64,000 nt of DNA from Mobula hypostoma (taxonomy: Eukaryota): positions 86,306,001 to 86,370,000 of the forward strand of contig NC_086097.1 of assembly GCF_963921235.1 (NCBI RefSeq). The letters run 5' to 3'. The notes under the pieces are model-generated. The model searched no databases. It was not told the DNA's origin and was given only the letters and a program-made list of their open reading frames with translations. This document shows, in pieces, positions 61,172-64,000 of this stretch (the stretch's first letter is position 1; each line of letters starts with the position of its first letter). The position numbers and the translations under genes are program-made.

Positions 61172-64000
61172 AGAGAGTAAGGTGGAAAATTTCTTAAATG
61201 CATTTATTTTAATGCTAGGAGCATTATAAGAAAGGTGGATGAGCTTAAAGCATGGATTGATACCTGGAAGTATGATGTGGTAGCTATTAGTGAAACATGG
61301 TTACAGGAGGGGTGTGATTGGCAACTAAATATTCCTGGATTTAATTGCTTCAGGTGTGATAGAATCGGAGGGACAAGAGGGGGAGGAGTTGCATTGCTTG
61401 TGAGAGAAAATATTACAGCGGTGCTCTGGCAGGATAGATTAGAGGGCTCGTCTAGGGAGGCTATTTGGGTGGAATTGAGGAATGGGAAAGGTGTAGTAAC
61501 ACTTATGGGGGTGTATTATAGACCAACAAATGAGGAGTGAGAATTGGAGGAGCAAATTTGTATGGAGATAGCAGATATTTGTAGTAAGCACAAGGTTGTG
61601 ATTGTGGGAGATTTTAATTTTCCACACATAGACTGAGAAGCCCATTCTGTAAAAGGGCTGGATGGTTTGGAGTTTGTAAAATGTGTGCAGGATAGTTTTT
61701 TGCAGCAATGCATAGAGGTACCAACTAGAGAAGGGGCAGTGTTGGATCTCCTGTTAGGGAATGAGATAGGTCAGGTGACGGAGGTTTGTGTTGGGGAGCA
61801 CTTTGGGTCCAGTAATCACAATGCTATTAGTTTCAATATAATTATGGAGAAGGATAGGTCTGGACCAAGGGTTGAGATTTTTGATTGGAGAAAAGCTAAC
61901 TTTGAGGAGATGTGAAAGAATTTAGAAGGAGTGGATTGGGACAATTTCTTTCATGGGAAGAATGTAATAGAGAAATGGAGGTCATTTAAAGGTGAAATTT
62001 TGAGGGTGCAGAAACTTTATGTTCCTGTTAGGTTGAAAGGAAAGGTTAAAAGTTTGAGAGAGCCATGGTTTTCAAGGGATATTGGAATCTTGTTTGGAAA
62101 AAGAGAGAGGTCTACAATAAATATAGGCAGCTTGGAGTAAATGAGGTGCTCAAGGAATATAAAGAACGTATAAAGAATCTTAAGAAAGAAATTAGAAAAG
62201 CTAAAAGAAGATATGAGGTTGCTTTGGCAAGTAAGGTGAAAATAAATCCCAAGGGTTTCTGCTGTTATATTAATAGCAAAAGGGTAGTGAGGGATAAAAT
62301 TGGTCCCTTGGAGAATCAGAGTAGACAGCTACATGTGGAGCCAAAAGAGATGGGGGAGATTCTGAACAATTTCTTTTCTTCAGTATTCACTAAGGAGAAG
62401 AATATTGAATTGCGTAAGATAAGGGAAACAGGTAGAGATGTTATGGAAACTGTGATGATTAAAGAAGAGGAAGCACTGGAGCTTTTAAGGAATATAAAAA
62501 TGGATAAGTCTCCGGGTCCTGACAGGATATTCCCTAGGACCTTGAGGGAAGTTAGTGTGGAAATAGCAGGGGCTCTGACAGAAATATTTCAAATGTCATT
62601 AGAAATGGAGATGGTGCAGAAGGATTGGTGTATTGGTCATGTTGATCCTTTATTTTAAAAGGGTTCTAAGAGTAAACCTAGCAATTATCGGCCTGTGAGT
62701 TTGACATCAGTGGTGGGTAAATTGATGGAAAGTATTTTTGAGAAGGTGTATATAATTATCTGGATAGACAGGGTCTGATTAGGAACAGTCAACATGGATT
62801 TGTGCGTGGAAGGTCATGTTTGACAAAACTTATTGAATTTTTTGAAGAGATTTCTAGGAAAGTTGACGAGGGTAAAGTGGTGGATGTTGTCTATATGGAC
62901 TTCAGTAAGGCCTTTGACAAGGTTCCACACGGAAGGTTAGTTAGGAAGGTTCAATCGTTAGCTATTAATATTGAAGTAGTAAAATGGATTCAGCAGTGGC
63001 TAGATGGGAGACGCCAGAGAGTATTGGTGGATAACTGTTTGTCAGATTGGAGGATGGTGACTAGTGGCGTGCCTCAGGGACCAGTACTGGGTCCAATGTT
63101 GTTTGTCATATACATTAATGATCTGGATGATGGGGTGGTAAATTGGATGAGTAAGTATGCAGATGATATTAAGATAGGTGGCGTTGTGTATAATTAAGTA
63201 GGTTTTCAAAGCTTGCAGAGAGATTTAGGCCAGTTAGAAGAGTGGGCTGAAAGATGGCAGGTGGAGTTTAATGCTGATAAATGTGAGGTGCTACATTTTG
63301 GTAGGACTAATCAAAATAGGACATACACGGTAAATAGTAGGCCATTGAAGAATGCAGTAGAACAGAGGTTCTAGGAATAATGGTGCATAGTTCCCTGAAG
63401 GTGGAATCTCATGTGGATAGGGTGGTGAAGAAAACCTTTGGTATGCTGGCCTTTATAAATCAGAGCATTGAGTGTAGGAGTTGGGATGTAATGTTAAAAT
63501 TGTACAAGGCATTGGTGAGGCCAAAATTAGAGTATTGTGTACAGTTTTGGTCACCAAATTATAGGAAAGATGTCAACAAAATAGAGAGAGTACAGAGAAG
63601 ATTTACTAAATGTAACCTGGGTTTCATCACCTAAGTTACAGAGAAAGGTTGAACAAGTTGGGTCTTTATTCTTTGGAATGTAGAAGGCTAAGGGGGGATT
63701 TGATAGAGGTATTTAAAATTATGAGGGGGATAGATAGAGTTGACACAGATAGGCTTTTTCCATTGAGAGTGGGGGAGATTCAAACAAGAGGACATGAGTT
63801 GAGAGTTAAAGGGTAAAATTTTAGGGGTAACATGAGGGGGAACTTCTTTACTCAGAGAGTGGTAGCTGCGTGGAACGAGCTTCCAGCAGCAGTGGTTGAG
63901 GCAGGTTTGATGTTGTCATTTAAAGTTAAATTGGACAGCTATATGGACAGGAAAGGAATTGAGGGTTATGGACTGGGTGCAGGTCGGTGGGACTAGGTGA
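61172..64000 (+). mobile_element. CR1 ORF2 of a second subfamily, decayed, running off the window end
   Basis: AISETWL, GGGVALL, KSPGPD, VYMDFSKAFDKV, GVPQG and KYADD motifs, with multiple stops. Confidence 0.95.

Overview
Repeat-dense vertebrate genomic DNA, intronic or intergenic, with no recognisable host protein-coding gene. A cartilaginous fish is inferred from V-SINE/HE1-like SINEs, abundant CR1 with (TTCTATGT)n tails and Penelope-derived repeats. Nearly all long ORFs come from transposable elements: CR1 LINEs of several ages (one full-length), Rex1/Babar-like, L1, Tx1, RTE and L2 LINEs, Penelope-like elements, a degenerate chromodomain-bearing Ty3/Gypsy element, several solo LTRs and hAT-type DNA elements, many of them nested. 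Main observations: (1) an internally deleted class III (ERV-L/ERV-S-like) endogenous retrovirus on the minus strand (~48467-53130) with a tRNA-Ser primer-binding site, split just before its YxDD motif by a solo LTR; (2) minimal hammerhead-ribozyme motifs in Penelope-derived termini; (3) a DNA transposon with a 6-bp TSD, a duplicated end and a relic zinc-finger transposase exon; (4) twin-priming-type 5' inversions in L1, RTE and possibly Rex1-like copies; (5) an in-frame L1-RT/CR1-ORF2 chimeric ORF. All calls are by eye, family names need database confirmation, and boundaries not fixed by a TSD are approximate.
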